DNA of 64,000 nucleotides. Origin: a virus (taxonomy: Duplodnaviria > Caudoviricetes). The stretch spans positions 1 to 64,000 of the IMG/VR virus record IMGVR_UViG_3300020050_007300. One strand, written 5' to 3'. Each line of letters starts with the position of its first letter. The stretch's first letter is position 1. Shown here piece after piece: positions 45,421 to 54,064 of the stretch. The notes under the pieces are model-generated. The model made no database searches. It was not told where the DNA came from and was given only the letters and a program-made list of their open reading frames with translations. A program made the translations under genes and the position numbers.

Positions 45421-45855
45421 ATGGAAAATAGTTTGAGCAGCGCTTACTTATCCATAGCTAAAGCGCTTAAAGATACGTCTGCAAGTCCAAAGACTTGTCA
45501 AGCTGTTTACTCTTGTCTTGCAACCTATAACAAGTCTTTAAGCCAGCAAGATTTTCTTGCGGCTTGTGGGTTTTCACCAGCAAGGCTGTTTGTAATTGCC
45601 TACGTTAACTGGTTAGATTCTGGTGCCGAAGAAGGCAAGCCTTTTTCTCGCAGGTTTGGATTGTGTGGAAATTCTGACCTGCCGTTGTTTGACCTATTCG
45701 ACGGCTTGCATCCTTTAGTACCGTTTAATTCGGATGAGAATTTAGTACCACTTGAGAAAACCCATCCGGAATACTTGTTTTCTGAGTTTAAAGAAGCAAG
45801 AGCCCATTTAAACCCACGGAGAATTGCTTGGGCAAGGTCTTTTGCGGGCTTTTGA
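45421..45855 (+). CDS. Hypothetical protein (start revised to 45421)
   Basis: GGAG RBS; 144 aa; F.RRFGLC motif. Confidence 0.6.
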   Translation: MENSLSSAYLSIAKALKDTSASPKTCQAVYSCLATYNKSLSQQDFLAACGFSPARLFVIAYVNWLDSGAEEGKPFSRRFGLCGNSDLPLFDLFDGLHPLVPFNSDENLVPLEKTHPEYLFSEFKEARAHLNPRRIAWARSFAGF

Positions 45856-46317
45856 GCCGTTTTTTGCTTTACCGCAGGCTTCGTATTGGCAAGGTTTAAG
45901 AAGCGCGCTATCAAGCGTTTTGATGCCTCGCCTCTGCCTTGTCAGCCTTCTTTGCGGTCTGCTTCCTCAAGGTCTAAGAATTCCCTGGGTCAAGTTCCCA
46001 GAAACCTAAACCTAAACCATAAGTAGTACAAATAAGTAGTTTAGTCCTCGATTTTGTGGTTTTTAACCCCCCCCCAGGGGGATTTTTGCTTTTTTCGACT
46101 TTTTGGAATTTTCATTTTTCATTTTTCACTTCTTATGGCACCACACTTGAAAACCTCAACTCCTAAACCTTTTTCAAAAAGAGGTTTAGTTTAGATTTTT
46201 CTCCTTTACACGGCTTCCCCACACTTGACAAGCCTTTTCGCAACAAACACGGCAACAAGCACTGCAATTCAACCAAAATACAACACCAAAAAGAGACTTG
46301 ACTATCTACCAACGTAG

Positions 46318-46363
46318 AAACTATTCAAATATTTAGTGAAATATCTAAATATTTGAATAGTTT
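46318..46363. repeat. Perfect 19-bp AT-rich inverted repeat with 8-nt spacer
   Basis: AAACTATTCAAATATTTAG-TGAAATAT-CTAAATATTTGAATAGTTT. Confidence 0.85.
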
Positions 46364-46675
46364 AGAATATGTCAGCAGCAACCGTCTAAGAAAATTCAAA
46401 ATTAGCAAAGTAGCCCATTTTCTAGCTACTGAAATAGAAATAGATGTTTGATGATTTTTTACCTGTCCAAATCGGGACTTAACAGCGTAGAAAAAATTCT
46501 AATATGTCCTCACAAACGACGAAATTTTTGACCAAACAAGTGGGGTTTTACGCAAAACCCCACAAAAACCCAGAGATAGTGACAAATTGAGCAGACCTGC
46601 CAGTGTTAGCCTGTAAACGTAAATTACCGTGCAAAAACGGAACACCGGAAAAATGCCTCGTTTACTTGAGAAGTT

Positions 46676-46704
46676 TTGCAAAAGAAACGTTTCGGGTGTA
46701 AAAT
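46676..46704 (+). promoter_or_regulatory. Sigma70-type promoter for the Bro-N operon
   Basis: TTGCAA (46676-46681) - 17 bp - TAAAAT (46699-46704). Confidence 0.7.
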
Positions 46705-46733
46705 TCCAGCTCCTTAAACTCCGGACTACTCCC

Positions 46734-47462
46734 ATGACTTCCACCAGCTACCTTGCGCTACCCTCCAACGAGATAGTCACCGCGCACTTTGAAACTTCAC
46801 TTGTGCGTGCTTACAGAGACCCTGATACCACCCGAGAAAATTCCTTTTGTTTCGTGCTGAGCGACATTTGCGAAATACTGGGGCTGGCGAATCCACGACA
46901 AGCCTTGACAACAGTGCAGGAACGTGGACGGGTAAAGCTGCTTATTGACACCAGTAAAGGCGTTCGGGAGGTAAACGGGCTGAACATGGGGGGATTCTTT
47001 GAACTTGTTACCAAATCCCGCACAGAGAAAGCTAACAGGTTCAAAGACTTTGTTAACTACACCCTACTGTGGAAAATCGCCGATCAAGGTCACTGGAGCC
47101 ACAGCCCTAAAGTGCTTCTTAAATTTCGGAGAAACCACAACAAACTGCTAGACAGCATGGCAAGGGAGCTTAAATCCTCTTACCTTATGTACGAAGAGCA
47201 GGTAGAAAACAGACGTGAGGACTACAAAGGGGTAGACCTGCAACAAGCTGCGGCAGGCCTCGTAACCGACGCATACAGACTTGCAATGCACCTTCAAGAG
47301 GAAGAGCGTAACGAATACGTAGAGCTGCTGGGAGACCTGGCATACTGTGTAATAACTGAGAAACCCCGAGAACTCAACCCTAGTCACTACCCAATACGGC
47401 TAATAAAGCCCGACGTTTACGTCATGAACCCTAAACTTCAGATAGTAAATGAGCTACGTTAA
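46734..47462 (+). CDS. Bro-N domain DNA-binding / antirepressor-like protein (start revised)
   Basis: FVLSDICEILGLANPRQAL..GFFELVTKSRTEKANRFKDFV Bro-N pattern. Confidence 0.8.
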   Translation: MTSTSYLALPSNEIVTAHFETSLVRAYRDPDTTRENSFCFVLSDICEILGLANPRQALTTVQERGRVKLLIDTSKGVREVNGLNMGGFFELVTKSRTEKANRFKDFVNYTLLWKIADQGHWSHSPKVLLKFRRNHNKLLDSMARELKSSYLMYEEQVENRREDYKGVDLQQAAAGLVTDAYRLAMHLQEEERNEYVELLGDLAYCVITEKPRELNPSHYPIRLIKPDVYVMNPKLQIVNELR

Positions 47463-48186
47463 AGTGAGTAAACACACAGGCCGTATATGCGGCACATGGG
47501 TTGTCCAAGGACTTGGGGACCGCAGGACGCTGGGGGGTGGGGCGTACCTACTTGTGGCCTGCCGAAAATGCGGCCACAAGGCTGAGAGGGAGGCGCAGCA
47601 GATGCTCAAGCGCCCCCCAAAGTGCCCAATCTGCAAGCAAAACGTCGTCGTAGAGGTTGCCAAACCTCCAGCGCTACGACGAATGGTCATCACACTTGGC
47701 GAGCGGCCACTGCAAATTGTGGAAAACCTTGAGTTTGACGATTGGGTGAAGATAACCCTTGTCTCTAGGTTAGCCTACCTCGAAAGGGCAGGCGCCAAAG
47801 TCTACCTTGGCAACACAGTAGACGGGCTCTCTATAGAGCCTATGGTAAATCCCTGGGAGCGGGCCAAGTTAGTCAGAGTCTTTGCTAAAGGTCAAGAAGT
47901 TGCACCAGAGATGGCCCTAACACCTCTGCCACCACCGACAAGCAATGAACCTGACCGCCCTTTCCTGAAAATTAAGGAAGAGGACCAAGGGGTTTTTACT
48001 GACGATGGCAAGAGAATGCCTCAGTACATTGCACAGTGGGCGGAAACAATCCCAGACCTTGGCGAGATGACCTTTAACTTCCAGTTTGCGGAAACTGGTT
48101 ACCTTTATGTAACCTGGGACCGCCCGGAACCGCGAAGACTTGTCGAGATACCAGACTTCGACATACCCCTCCAACTAGCGGATTAA
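47449..48186 (+). CDS. Zinc-ribbon DNA-binding-like protein
   Basis: TGRICGTWVV..ACRKCG..CPICK resembles the N-terminal module of HNH homing endonucleases; no HNH core visible. Confidence 0.55.
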   Translation: MSYVKVSKHTGRICGTWVVQGLGDRRTLGGGAYLLVACRKCGHKAEREAQQMLKRPPKCPICKQNVVVEVAKPPALRRMVITLGERPLQIVENLEFDDWVKITLVSRLAYLERAGAKVYLGNTVDGLSIEPMVNPWERAKLVRVFAKGQEVAPEMALTPLPPPTSNEPDRPFLKIKEEDQGVFTDDGKRMPQYIAQWAETIPDLGEMTFNFQFAETGYLYVTWDRPEPRRLVEIPDFDIPLQLAD

Positions 48187-48188
48187 CT

Positions 48189-48542
48189 ATGCGCCACAAA
48201 GAAAACGCCCAAGCCGCACTTGAATTCATTCAAGACCTGCCTGAAAAGTACATAGACCTGGAAGATTACACAACCGAGGTCATCGAAGGAGACGGAACAA
48301 AGACCGTAGCGCACTGCCTTGGCGGTTGGCTGCCTCACATAGGCCACTTCAAAGAGCTTGGCGTGGTTGCATCTAGCGGGGGTTATCCGTTACTGCACAC
48401 CGGCCCAGTCACAAGAGACCTATTTGGCAGTCACCCAGTGTTTTACTACGGTAAATGGCGGGAGTTTATGGAAGACTTCCCAGAGACTGCCACGGACAAA
48501 GAAGAAGTAATTCAACGCTTGTTGTGGGTTATTAACCAATGA
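48189..48542 (+). CDS. Hypothetical protein
   Basis: 117 aa; T.AHCLGGW motif; coupled to neighbours. Confidence 0.65.
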   Translation: MRHKENAQAALEFIQDLPEKYIDLEDYTTEVIEGDGTKTVAHCLGGWLPHIGHFKELGVVASSGGYPLLHTGPVTRDLFGSHPVFYYGKWREFMEDFPETATDKEEVIQRLLWVINQ

Positions 48543-48901
48543 AAACTCCATTTTCTGATCTGGTAGGCCATACGCTCACCAGCATCACACACGAAAAAGA
48601 ACACGCTTTGAGGTTTCGAGGCGAGTCACTGGTCTTTCAGTCCAAAACTGCTAAATGGACTCAGAACTTCCACGCGGACGAAAACGACCTTGACATTTAC
48701 ATTGAGTCCATCGTAGGTGACTTCAAAGACCTGCTCGAAACACCAATCTTGGTGGCGGAAGAGTGCACAGGTTCCTGCGAAGAAGGGACCTACACCTTCT
48801 ACAAACTTGCTACGGTGAGGGGTTGGGTGGATATTCGTTGGGTTGGAGAATCCAACGGTTACTACAGCGAAACGATGGAAACCTACAAGGAGACCAAATG
48901 A
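48539..48901 (+). CDS. Conserved phage hypothetical protein, paralog of 54065-54451
   Basis: Shared GD..DLL..PILVAEE..TFYKLATV.GWVDIRW.G.SNGYYSE. Confidence 0.75.
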   Translation: MKTPFSDLVGHTLTSITHEKEHALRFRGESLVFQSKTAKWTQNFHADENDLDIYIESIVGDFKDLLETPILVAEECTGSCEEGTYTFYKLATVRGWVDIRWVGESNGYYSETMETYKETK

Positions 48902-49266
48902 AGACACTGCAACAAATCTTTGACCAAGCCTACAACGGCATCCTTGCCCAAGGTGGGCAGTCCAGCGACACAGTAGGGCGCTGCATGTACCGTGGGCCAG
49001 GAGGGCGAAAGTGTGCGGTAGGACACTTGCTACCTGATGCACTGTACCACCGCAGCATGGAAGGCCAGGCAGTTGACTATTCTACAAGGGTACTTGGCTC
49101 CGCCCTGCTTCAAGCAGGAATTGACATGGAGGACAGACCTACGAAAAACCTTGTTATCCGTATGCAAGCCATACATGACGACATTTACGGAGGAAACTTC
49201 CTTGAGGAATTCAAGTCCTCGATGCGGGCTCTTGCAATAGAGAACAACTTGGAGGTTCCCCAATGA
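48898..49266 (+). CDS. Conserved phage hypothetical protein (start revised)
   Basis: GGAG RBS; CMYRGPGGRKCAVGHLLPD motif. Confidence 0.7.
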   Translation: MKTLQQIFDQAYNGILAQGGQSSDTVGRCMYRGPGGRKCAVGHLLPDALYHRSMEGQAVDYSTRVLGSALLQAGIDMEDRPTKNLVIRMQAIHDDIYGGNFLEEFKSSMRALAIENNLEVPQ

Positions 49267-49841
49267 CACCCTTCAACACTGTCTACCACCGAGACAAAGC
49301 TTACAAACGTTACGGCTTGCGGTGGTGCGACGCAGAAAAAGACCACCTCAAAGAGCTGTACCTATCTGGTGCGACTATCGACACCATCTGTAACAAGCTA
49401 GAACGCGCTCCAGAAGGCGTTACAGCGCGGCTACTTGCCCAGGGCTTGATAGTTAAAGTGGACGGACTTCACTTCCGTACTGATTCCGAACCTACAAAGG
49501 AACACATGAGCATCGAGTTAACCTCTTTTGGTCGCAGAGACCCCACAACCCTCAGCTCTTCCACGCTAGTGGAAAGCGCCTTCTGCGTAGACCCCCGACC
49601 CAACTTCATGCAACATTTCAAAGGACCATCCAAAATGGAAAACATCAAGAACATCACACTGATCGACGGCCAAGACGCAGCAAACCTCAAAGACGATGCA
49701 ATTTTCAAGAAAATTGCAGTGCTTGAAAAAGAAGTTGCAGTCTGGAAGACCATCGAAAACAAGCCCAAAAAGCTGCAACTTGCTATCGACAAGCTGCAGG
49801 AAGACATTAAAGCCCTTGTGGCTTATGTAGATGCACGGTGA
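49263..49841 (+). CDS. Hypothetical protein with N-terminal Myb/HTH-like segment
   Basis: RW...E...LKELY..G..I..I..KLER pattern; GGAGG RBS. Confidence 0.65.
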   Translation: MTPFNTVYHRDKAYKRYGLRWCDAEKDHLKELYLSGATIDTICNKLERAPEGVTARLLAQGLIVKVDGLHFRTDSEPTKEHMSIELTSFGRRDPTTLSSSTLVESAFCVDPRPNFMQHFKGPSKMENIKNITLIDGQDAANLKDDAIFKKIAVLEKEVAVWKTIENKPKKLQLAIDKLQEDIKALVAYVDAR

Positions 49842-49924
49842 TGTGGGACTTCATGGCAGGTTTCATCGCAGGCTCTGTACTGCTTGCAGTGCTGGCCATC
49901 TTGGTAGCTAACAGTGAAGGTTAG
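49841..49924 (+). CDS. 27-aa single-TM micropeptide
   Basis: MWDFMAGFIAGSVLLAVLAILVANSEG; TGATG coupling. Confidence 0.5.
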   Translation: MWDFMAGFIAGSVLLAVLAILVANSEG

Positions 49925-49925
49925 T

Positions 49926-50009
49926 ATGGAAGAATACCTAATAGGCTTCGGGACAGGAGTTGCCCTGTCTGTTGGAGCTTTCGTTCTGGTCCTCCTGCTT
50001 GATAGCTAA
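49926..50009 (+). CDS. 27-aa single-TM micropeptide, paralog-like to the previous one
   Basis: MEEYLIGFGTGVALSVGAFVLVLLLDS; GAAGG RBS. Confidence 0.5.
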   Translation: MEEYLIGFGTGVALSVGAFVLVLLLDS

Positions 50010-50189
50010 ATGGACTTATTCATTTTTGTCGCACTGCTGCTAAGTTACCACTGGCCCGAACCAGTAACTAAGGTAGCTCTTCCAGCAGTGCGGCGGGCAG
50101 CTTGCCCGTCAGGCCGAGAGCGATGTTGGTGCGGGCTAGTGGGGTACTCGGGTGCCCTACATCCCGCCCAAAAGTTGCTAACAGGTTAA
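50010..50189 (+). CDS. Small protein with hydrophobic N-terminus (59 aa)
   Basis: Starts immediately after the previous stop; MDLFIFVALLLSYHWPEP.. Confidence 0.4.
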   Translation: MDLFIFVALLLSYHWPEPVTKVALPAVRRAACPSGRERCWCGLVGYSGALHPAQKLLTG

Positions 50190-50237
50190 CAGCCTGTTAG
50201 CTTTAAACCCCAAAGAACCTGCTAAGACCAGGTTCTT
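50177..50237 (+). other. Two adjacent hairpins upstream of a gene (processing site or terminator)
   Basis: GCTAACAGG-N7-CCTGTTAGC and AAGAACCTG-N7-CAGGTTCTT. Confidence 0.45.
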
Positions 50238-50275
50238 TGTTTAAGCGACACCGTTTAAACAAAGAAGGAGAAACC

Positions 50276-50539
50276 ATGATTCACAAACTTGAACTCAAAG
50301 TTGGCTGGGCTACCGTACCTAAGAGCTGGAAACCGCTCAGCGTGCAGCTGCAAGAGGGCTTCCCTATGTTGTGGTACTCCTTTAACGGAGAAGATACGAT
50401 GACCATCTACATCGAAGAAGGCTGGACAGGTTGGTCGACACCTAAAGGTATTTATATGGGGACTACAGTGATCGAGGGCCTTGTCTCTCACTGGTACTAC
50501 CAGGAAGAACTTGTCTTACCGCAGTTGCCTTTGTTGTAG
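50276..50539 (+). CDS. Conserved phage hypothetical protein (start revised)
   Basis: AAGGAG RBS; LSVQLQ.G.P.LW...GTG-like..Y.GT..GLV.H pattern. Confidence 0.7.
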   Translation: MIHKLELKVGWATVPKSWKPLSVQLQEGFPMLWYSFNGEDTMTIYIEEGWTGWSTPKGIYMGTTVIEGLVSHWYYQEELVLPQLPLL

Positions 50540-50548
50540 GGGCCTGTT

Positions 50549-50968
50549 ATGTCAACTAACTCACAAATCATCACCAGACTCACAGACGGCTCTTATCGTG
50601 GCGTTTATTGCCATTTCGATGGGCATCCTGCAGGGGTAGGAGCAGAGCTGTTGAAGCACTACAACTCCCAAGAACAAGCAGAACGCGTCACTTCCTTGGG
50701 GGCACTAAGTGAGCTAGGCGCTTCTATGGAGTGCCCGGAAGGGCATTCCTACAGTAAGCCTGTCAAGGGTTACACCGTTGCGTTTCACCGGGACAGAGGG
50801 GAAGAATTGCTTTTCGCAGAAGCTGAAACTCTGCAAGGTTGTTTAGACGCTCAGCCTTTTGGTGGGGCAGAGTATTTCTATGTCTGGGAAGGCTCGTGGC
50901 GCACAATGGCAGAGTCGGACTTGATTGCACTGGGCATGGAGTCTGCTATGGGTGAAGGTTACCTATGA
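50549..50968 (+). CDS. Conserved phage hypothetical protein
   Basis: MST.S.I...GVYCHFDGHP.GVG..L..HY motif. Confidence 0.75.
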   Translation: MSTNSQIITRLTDGSYRGVYCHFDGHPAGVGAELLKHYNSQEQAERVTSLGALSELGASMECPEGHSYSKPVKGYTVAFHRDRGEELLFAEAETLQGCLDAQPFGGAEYFYVWEGSWRTMAESDLIALGMESAMGEGYL

Positions 50969-51120
50969 CCTCGGAAGACGACGTAATCATCTGGCCCTGC
51001 AGCACTTGGTGCTACAGAACAGACTTGCCTGAGTACAGTCACAAGTCTGACGACTATCAGGTTCTGAAAACAGATTCCAGGGAGTGGCAGGTGTTCCTGG
51101 AACTCGTAGGAGAGCACTAA
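50965..51120 (+). CDS. Small hypothetical protein (51 aa), not in the ORF track
   Basis: GAAGG RBS, ATGA coupling; DDVIIWP..TWCYR..SDDY. Confidence 0.6.
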   Translation: MTSEDDVIIWPCSTWCYRTDLPEYSHKSDDYQVLKTDSREWQVFLELVGEH

Positions 51121-51121
51121 T

Positions 51122-51445
51122 ATGAAAGCCTCAGAAGTTTACTTAGCTGCTGCCGAGATTGTAGAAGAGAGCTACTACGGAGCTTGTTACGCTATTTCCG
51201 TAGCTCACCGAGGGGTCACACCTTTTCCGGTGCGATCGGCGATGGCCAAAGCAAACATAAAACACTTTGAAGAAGTGTTTGACCACTCACGAGGAGAGTT
51301 CGCCTACTTCATGGGTCCGACACGCTGGCACACGGGAGACCCTCTTGAGGCAGAAGTGATAGAAGAAGCTTACCAGCGAAGGGTGTACGCCCTTCTTTTA
51401 ATGGCAGAAATTGCAAAGGATGAAGAATGCGACTCCCAGGTCTAA
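51122..51445 (+). CDS. Hypothetical protein
   Basis: 107 aa; GGAG RBS. Confidence 0.65.
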   Translation: MKASEVYLAAAEIVEESYYGACYAISVAHRGVTPFPVRSAMAKANIKHFEEVFDHSRGEFAYFMGPTRWHTGDPLEAEVIEEAYQRRVYALLLMAEIAKDEECDSQV

Positions 51446-51864
51446 TAATCGACGACTGCCACTACGCTGGCATCGCTACTGATGGCAAGCGCCACTGGCA
51501 TTTGCTTGTCCCTATGCACCAAGACTTGCCAAAGATGGTGTGGGGCGAATACGGCCAAGATGTTCCTGATGCACAAAGCCGCTTCGACGGCCTCGCCAAC
51601 ACCTTGGCTATGGCCGAAGCTGGCAGCAAACTGGCCCAGCTTATTCGCACAAAGGGTGATTGCTACCTGCCTAGCCAAGCAGAAATCACTCTTTGCGCAG
51701 CGACCATACCGCACGCATTTAAAGACGGATACCACTGGACCAGCACGCAGCTCTCCCGCCACGACGCGTTTGTGCAGGACTTTGAGAACGGCGGCAGCTA
51801 TTGGGACCTCAAGGACGACGAGTTCCGTGCCGTCGCCGTCCGTCGCATCATGATTGGAGAATGA
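51427..51864 (+). CDS. DUF1566 (Lcl C-terminal)-like protein
   Basis: DGLANT.AM, YLPS..E, HWTSTQ, AFVQDF..G, RAVAVRRI motifs. Confidence 0.7.
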   Translation: MRLPGLIIDDCHYAGIATDGKRHWHLLVPMHQDLPKMVWGEYGQDVPDAQSRFDGLANTLAMAEAGSKLAQLIRTKGDCYLPSQAEITLCAATIPHAFKDGYHWTSTQLSRHDAFVQDFENGGSYWDLKDDEFRAVAVRRIMIGE

Positions 51865-52250
51865 CTATGGACGAACATACAAAGAGCCTGCTGCAAGCGT
51901 TGATTGACGACAAGCAGTTGGAGAGCGTTGATAACGACGGCAAGTGGAAGACTGTCGTGGACTTCCCCTTCACTGCTCTTTACCTCTTTTGTCACGATAA
52001 GTTGCGCGTCAAACAACCCACCATTCGCATTGGCGAAGTGGATGTGCCTGAACCCTTGCGGGTAGCACCTGCGAAGGGCACGGAGTATTGGGTCGCCAAT
52101 ACTATAGACGAGAGGTTCTACTCCCCTATGTCATGGTCCAACCACGGCATTGACCGCCTGCTGCTCAGCAGGGACCTTGTCCACACGAGCCAAGAAGCTG
52201 CCGTTGCTCACGCCAAAGCGCTGATTGCAGTTAGTGGGGGTACGGTATGA
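51861..52250 (+). CDS. Hypothetical protein, related to 52881-53294 (start revised)
   Basis: PEPLRVAP..GTEYW..LVHT..EAA.AHA.AL. Confidence 0.65.
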   Translation: MTMDEHTKSLLQALIDDKQLESVDNDGKWKTVVDFPFTALYLFCHDKLRVKQPTIRIGEVDVPEPLRVAPAKGTEYWVANTIDERFYSPMSWSNHGIDRLLLSRDLVHTSQEAAVAHAKALIAVSGGTV

Positions 52251-52567
52251 ACCACGTAACCGTACTTCAAGACGCTAAACAGGTTCTTGTGGGCGCAGGA
52301 AACCGATCAATCGGCAGTTACGCTACGGATAAGAATGGCTTTAGCGTTGCGGTAAATAGCCCTACGGCTGTGTGCTTTTGCGCTATTGGGGCAGTTCGAC
52401 GTGTGACCAAGGGGTTAACGTACTCCGTAGTGACGAACCAAGTGATGCCGATTTTAAGAAACAACATGGGCGGGAATATCGTTAAATTCAACGACAACAG
52501 CACTTACGAAGAAGTGCTAGCAGCCTTCGACGTAGCGATTAAGGAGGCGCAAGAATGTCTGACGTAG
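52247..52567 (+). CDS. DUF6197-like protein, paralog 1
   Basis: CFCAIGAV..FNDNSTYEEVLAAFDVAI. Confidence 0.7.
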   Translation: MNHVTVLQDAKQVLVGAGNRSIGSYATDKNGFSVAVNSPTAVCFCAIGAVRRVTKGLTYSVVTNQVMPILRNNMGGNIVKFNDNSTYEEVLAAFDVAIKEAQECLT

Positions 52568-52884
52568 CAAGTGTTTTGAAAGCAGCTAAAGAGCTGATTT
52601 CGGATGAGAGCAGGCACGACAAAGGATTCCTTGCTAGGGATAAAGAAGGGTTCCTTTGCCACCCTAACAGCAAAGATGCCCACTGCTTTTGCTCTCTGGG
52701 AGCGGTGTGCCATGTGGCTGGAAAAACCGCCAAGACTACTGGGGGCTACGATCACCTCAAAAAAGAGTCGCTTTTGATTTTGCGTAAGCACATGAGTGGG
52801 AGTGTTACAGAGTTTAATGACACCAAAACCCACGCAGAAGTCCTCGCCGCGTTTGATGCTGCTATCGAAGAGAGTTCAAAATGA
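52555..52884 (+). CDS. DUF6197-like protein, paralog 2
   Basis: CFCSLGAV..FNDTKTHAEVLAAFDAAI. Confidence 0.7.
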   Translation: MSDVASVLKAAKELISDESRHDKGFLARDKEGFLCHPNSKDAHCFCSLGAVCHVAGKTAKTTGGYDHLKKESLLILRKHMSGSVTEFNDTKTHAEVLAAFDAAIEESSK

Positions 52885-53294
52885 AAGAAGCAACCAAAGT
52901 CTTCATGCAAGCACTGCTTGCCGGTGAAACGTTGGAGTACCAGGACTGGACAACGGGTATTTGGCTTGCTGCCGAAGAGCCTCTGGCTATCTTGCAGGCC
53001 TGGGAAGAAAATGACACTACTCCAATTCGTGTAGCGCCGAGAACGATCACCATAGGAGGCAAAAAACTGCCAGGGCCATGCGTAGAAGCCCCGGAGCCAG
53101 GAAAAATCTACTGGTACATCACACTAAGACACCCCCACCAAGCCGAAACTTCCAAGTGGGAGAACCACGTTGTAGACAGAGGCTACCTCCAAAGCGGCAA
53201 CGTGTTTAAAACACGAGAAGACGCAGAAGCTGTAGCAGAACACCTTGTTTCCCTCCTTACCCAAAACCACCCCAAAACAGAAAGTACCAAATGA
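52881..53294 (+). CDS. Hypothetical protein, related to 51861-52250
   Basis: PCVEAPEPGKIYW..GNVFKTREDAEAVA. Confidence 0.65.
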   Translation: MKEATKVFMQALLAGETLEYQDWTTGIWLAAEEPLAILQAWEENDTTPIRVAPRTITIGGKKLPGPCVEAPEPGKIYWYITLRHPHQAETSKWENHVVDRGYLQSGNVFKTREDAEAVAEHLVSLLTQNHPKTESTK

Positions 53295-53704
53295 AAAACG
53301 CCCTCCTCGTTCTCGCAGTCACCGCCACCCTTGCCGCTTGTGGCAAAGACCAACCTGTCAGCTTTGACACCCTGGAAACCAGTCGCAGCACAGCAAAATC
53401 CAATGCGGAGTACAACGCTCAGAAGTACCGTGCAGAGTCTCCGCAGTTTGCAAACTTTGCACTGGAAGTCCAGGGTGATTCCACCCAGTCCCCAACCTGC
53501 CCACAAGGTGACGGCTGGGCAAGTGCCAAGCTGGTAGACAAAGCAAACCCCTTGGTCAAATCGGCACTGAAGTGTTCCACCGTCTCCAGCAGCGTTGGCT
53601 GTATGACGGCTGACGATTTCCAGAAAAAGCCCTACGCTACCGATGATGGCTCTTGCCAGCCGGTTACCAAGGTGCCCTTCCCGCTGCCCAAGGTGGCAAA
53701 ATGA
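53291..53704 (+). CDS. Lipoprotein with four additional Cys
   Basis: Signal II MKNALLVLAVTATLAAC lipobox; CPQGDGWA motif. Confidence 0.8.
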   Translation: MKNALLVLAVTATLAACGKDQPVSFDTLETSRSTAKSNAEYNAQKYRAESPQFANFALEVQGDSTQSPTCPQGDGWASAKLVDKANPLVKSALKCSTVSSSVGCMTADDFQKKPYATDDGSCQPVTKVPFPLPKVAK

Positions 53705-53997
53705 GCCACGAGCAGGCACGACAAGGCTTTGAGAAGTGGTACAGCGGAGCATTCTCGGTTTCCGAAAAAGAGCTGCTCAACAACAGAGACGGAAATGACT
53801 ACCGCAACGACCAACTTGACGCTGCCTGGGGAGCTTGGCAAGCAGCGCTGAGTGCCAAACACCTGCCGCTTGCCACGAATGCCTGGATTGTCCAACACGA
53901 AGACCCTAAAGCCTTTTGCACAGTGGCTGCGTTTAAGACTGAGGAAGAAGCGTTACAGGTGCTAAGTGCTGTAACACCTGCAACCCTCTTTCACTGA
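53701..53997 (+). CDS. Hypothetical protein (start revised)
   Basis: AAGG RBS, ATGA coupling; FEKWY..AWGAWQAA. Confidence 0.6.
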   Translation: MSHEQARQGFEKWYSGAFSVSEKELLNNRDGNDYRNDQLDAAWGAWQAALSAKHLPLATNAWIVQHEDPKAFCTVAAFKTEEEALQVLSAVTPATLFH

Positions 53998-54017
53998 CAG
54001 CAGACGGCTTAGGCCGT

Positions 54018-54053
54018 TTGTTTACCTTAGCCTTAGAGGGCTAAGGTAAACAA
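54018..54053 (+). other. 15-bp perfect hairpin immediately upstream of an RBS (RNase III-type processing site or terminator)
   Basis: TTGTTTACCTTAGCC-TTAGAG-GGCTAAGGTAAACAA then CAGGAG. Confidence 0.55.
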
Positions 54054-54064
54054 CAGGAGAATAC

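Noticed and set aside
38806-46200. CTAAACC / AGGTTTA(A/G) as a phage-specific late promoter consensus
   Set aside because: Occurrences are in mixed orientations and not at a consistent distance from late gene starts; needs a formal motif search
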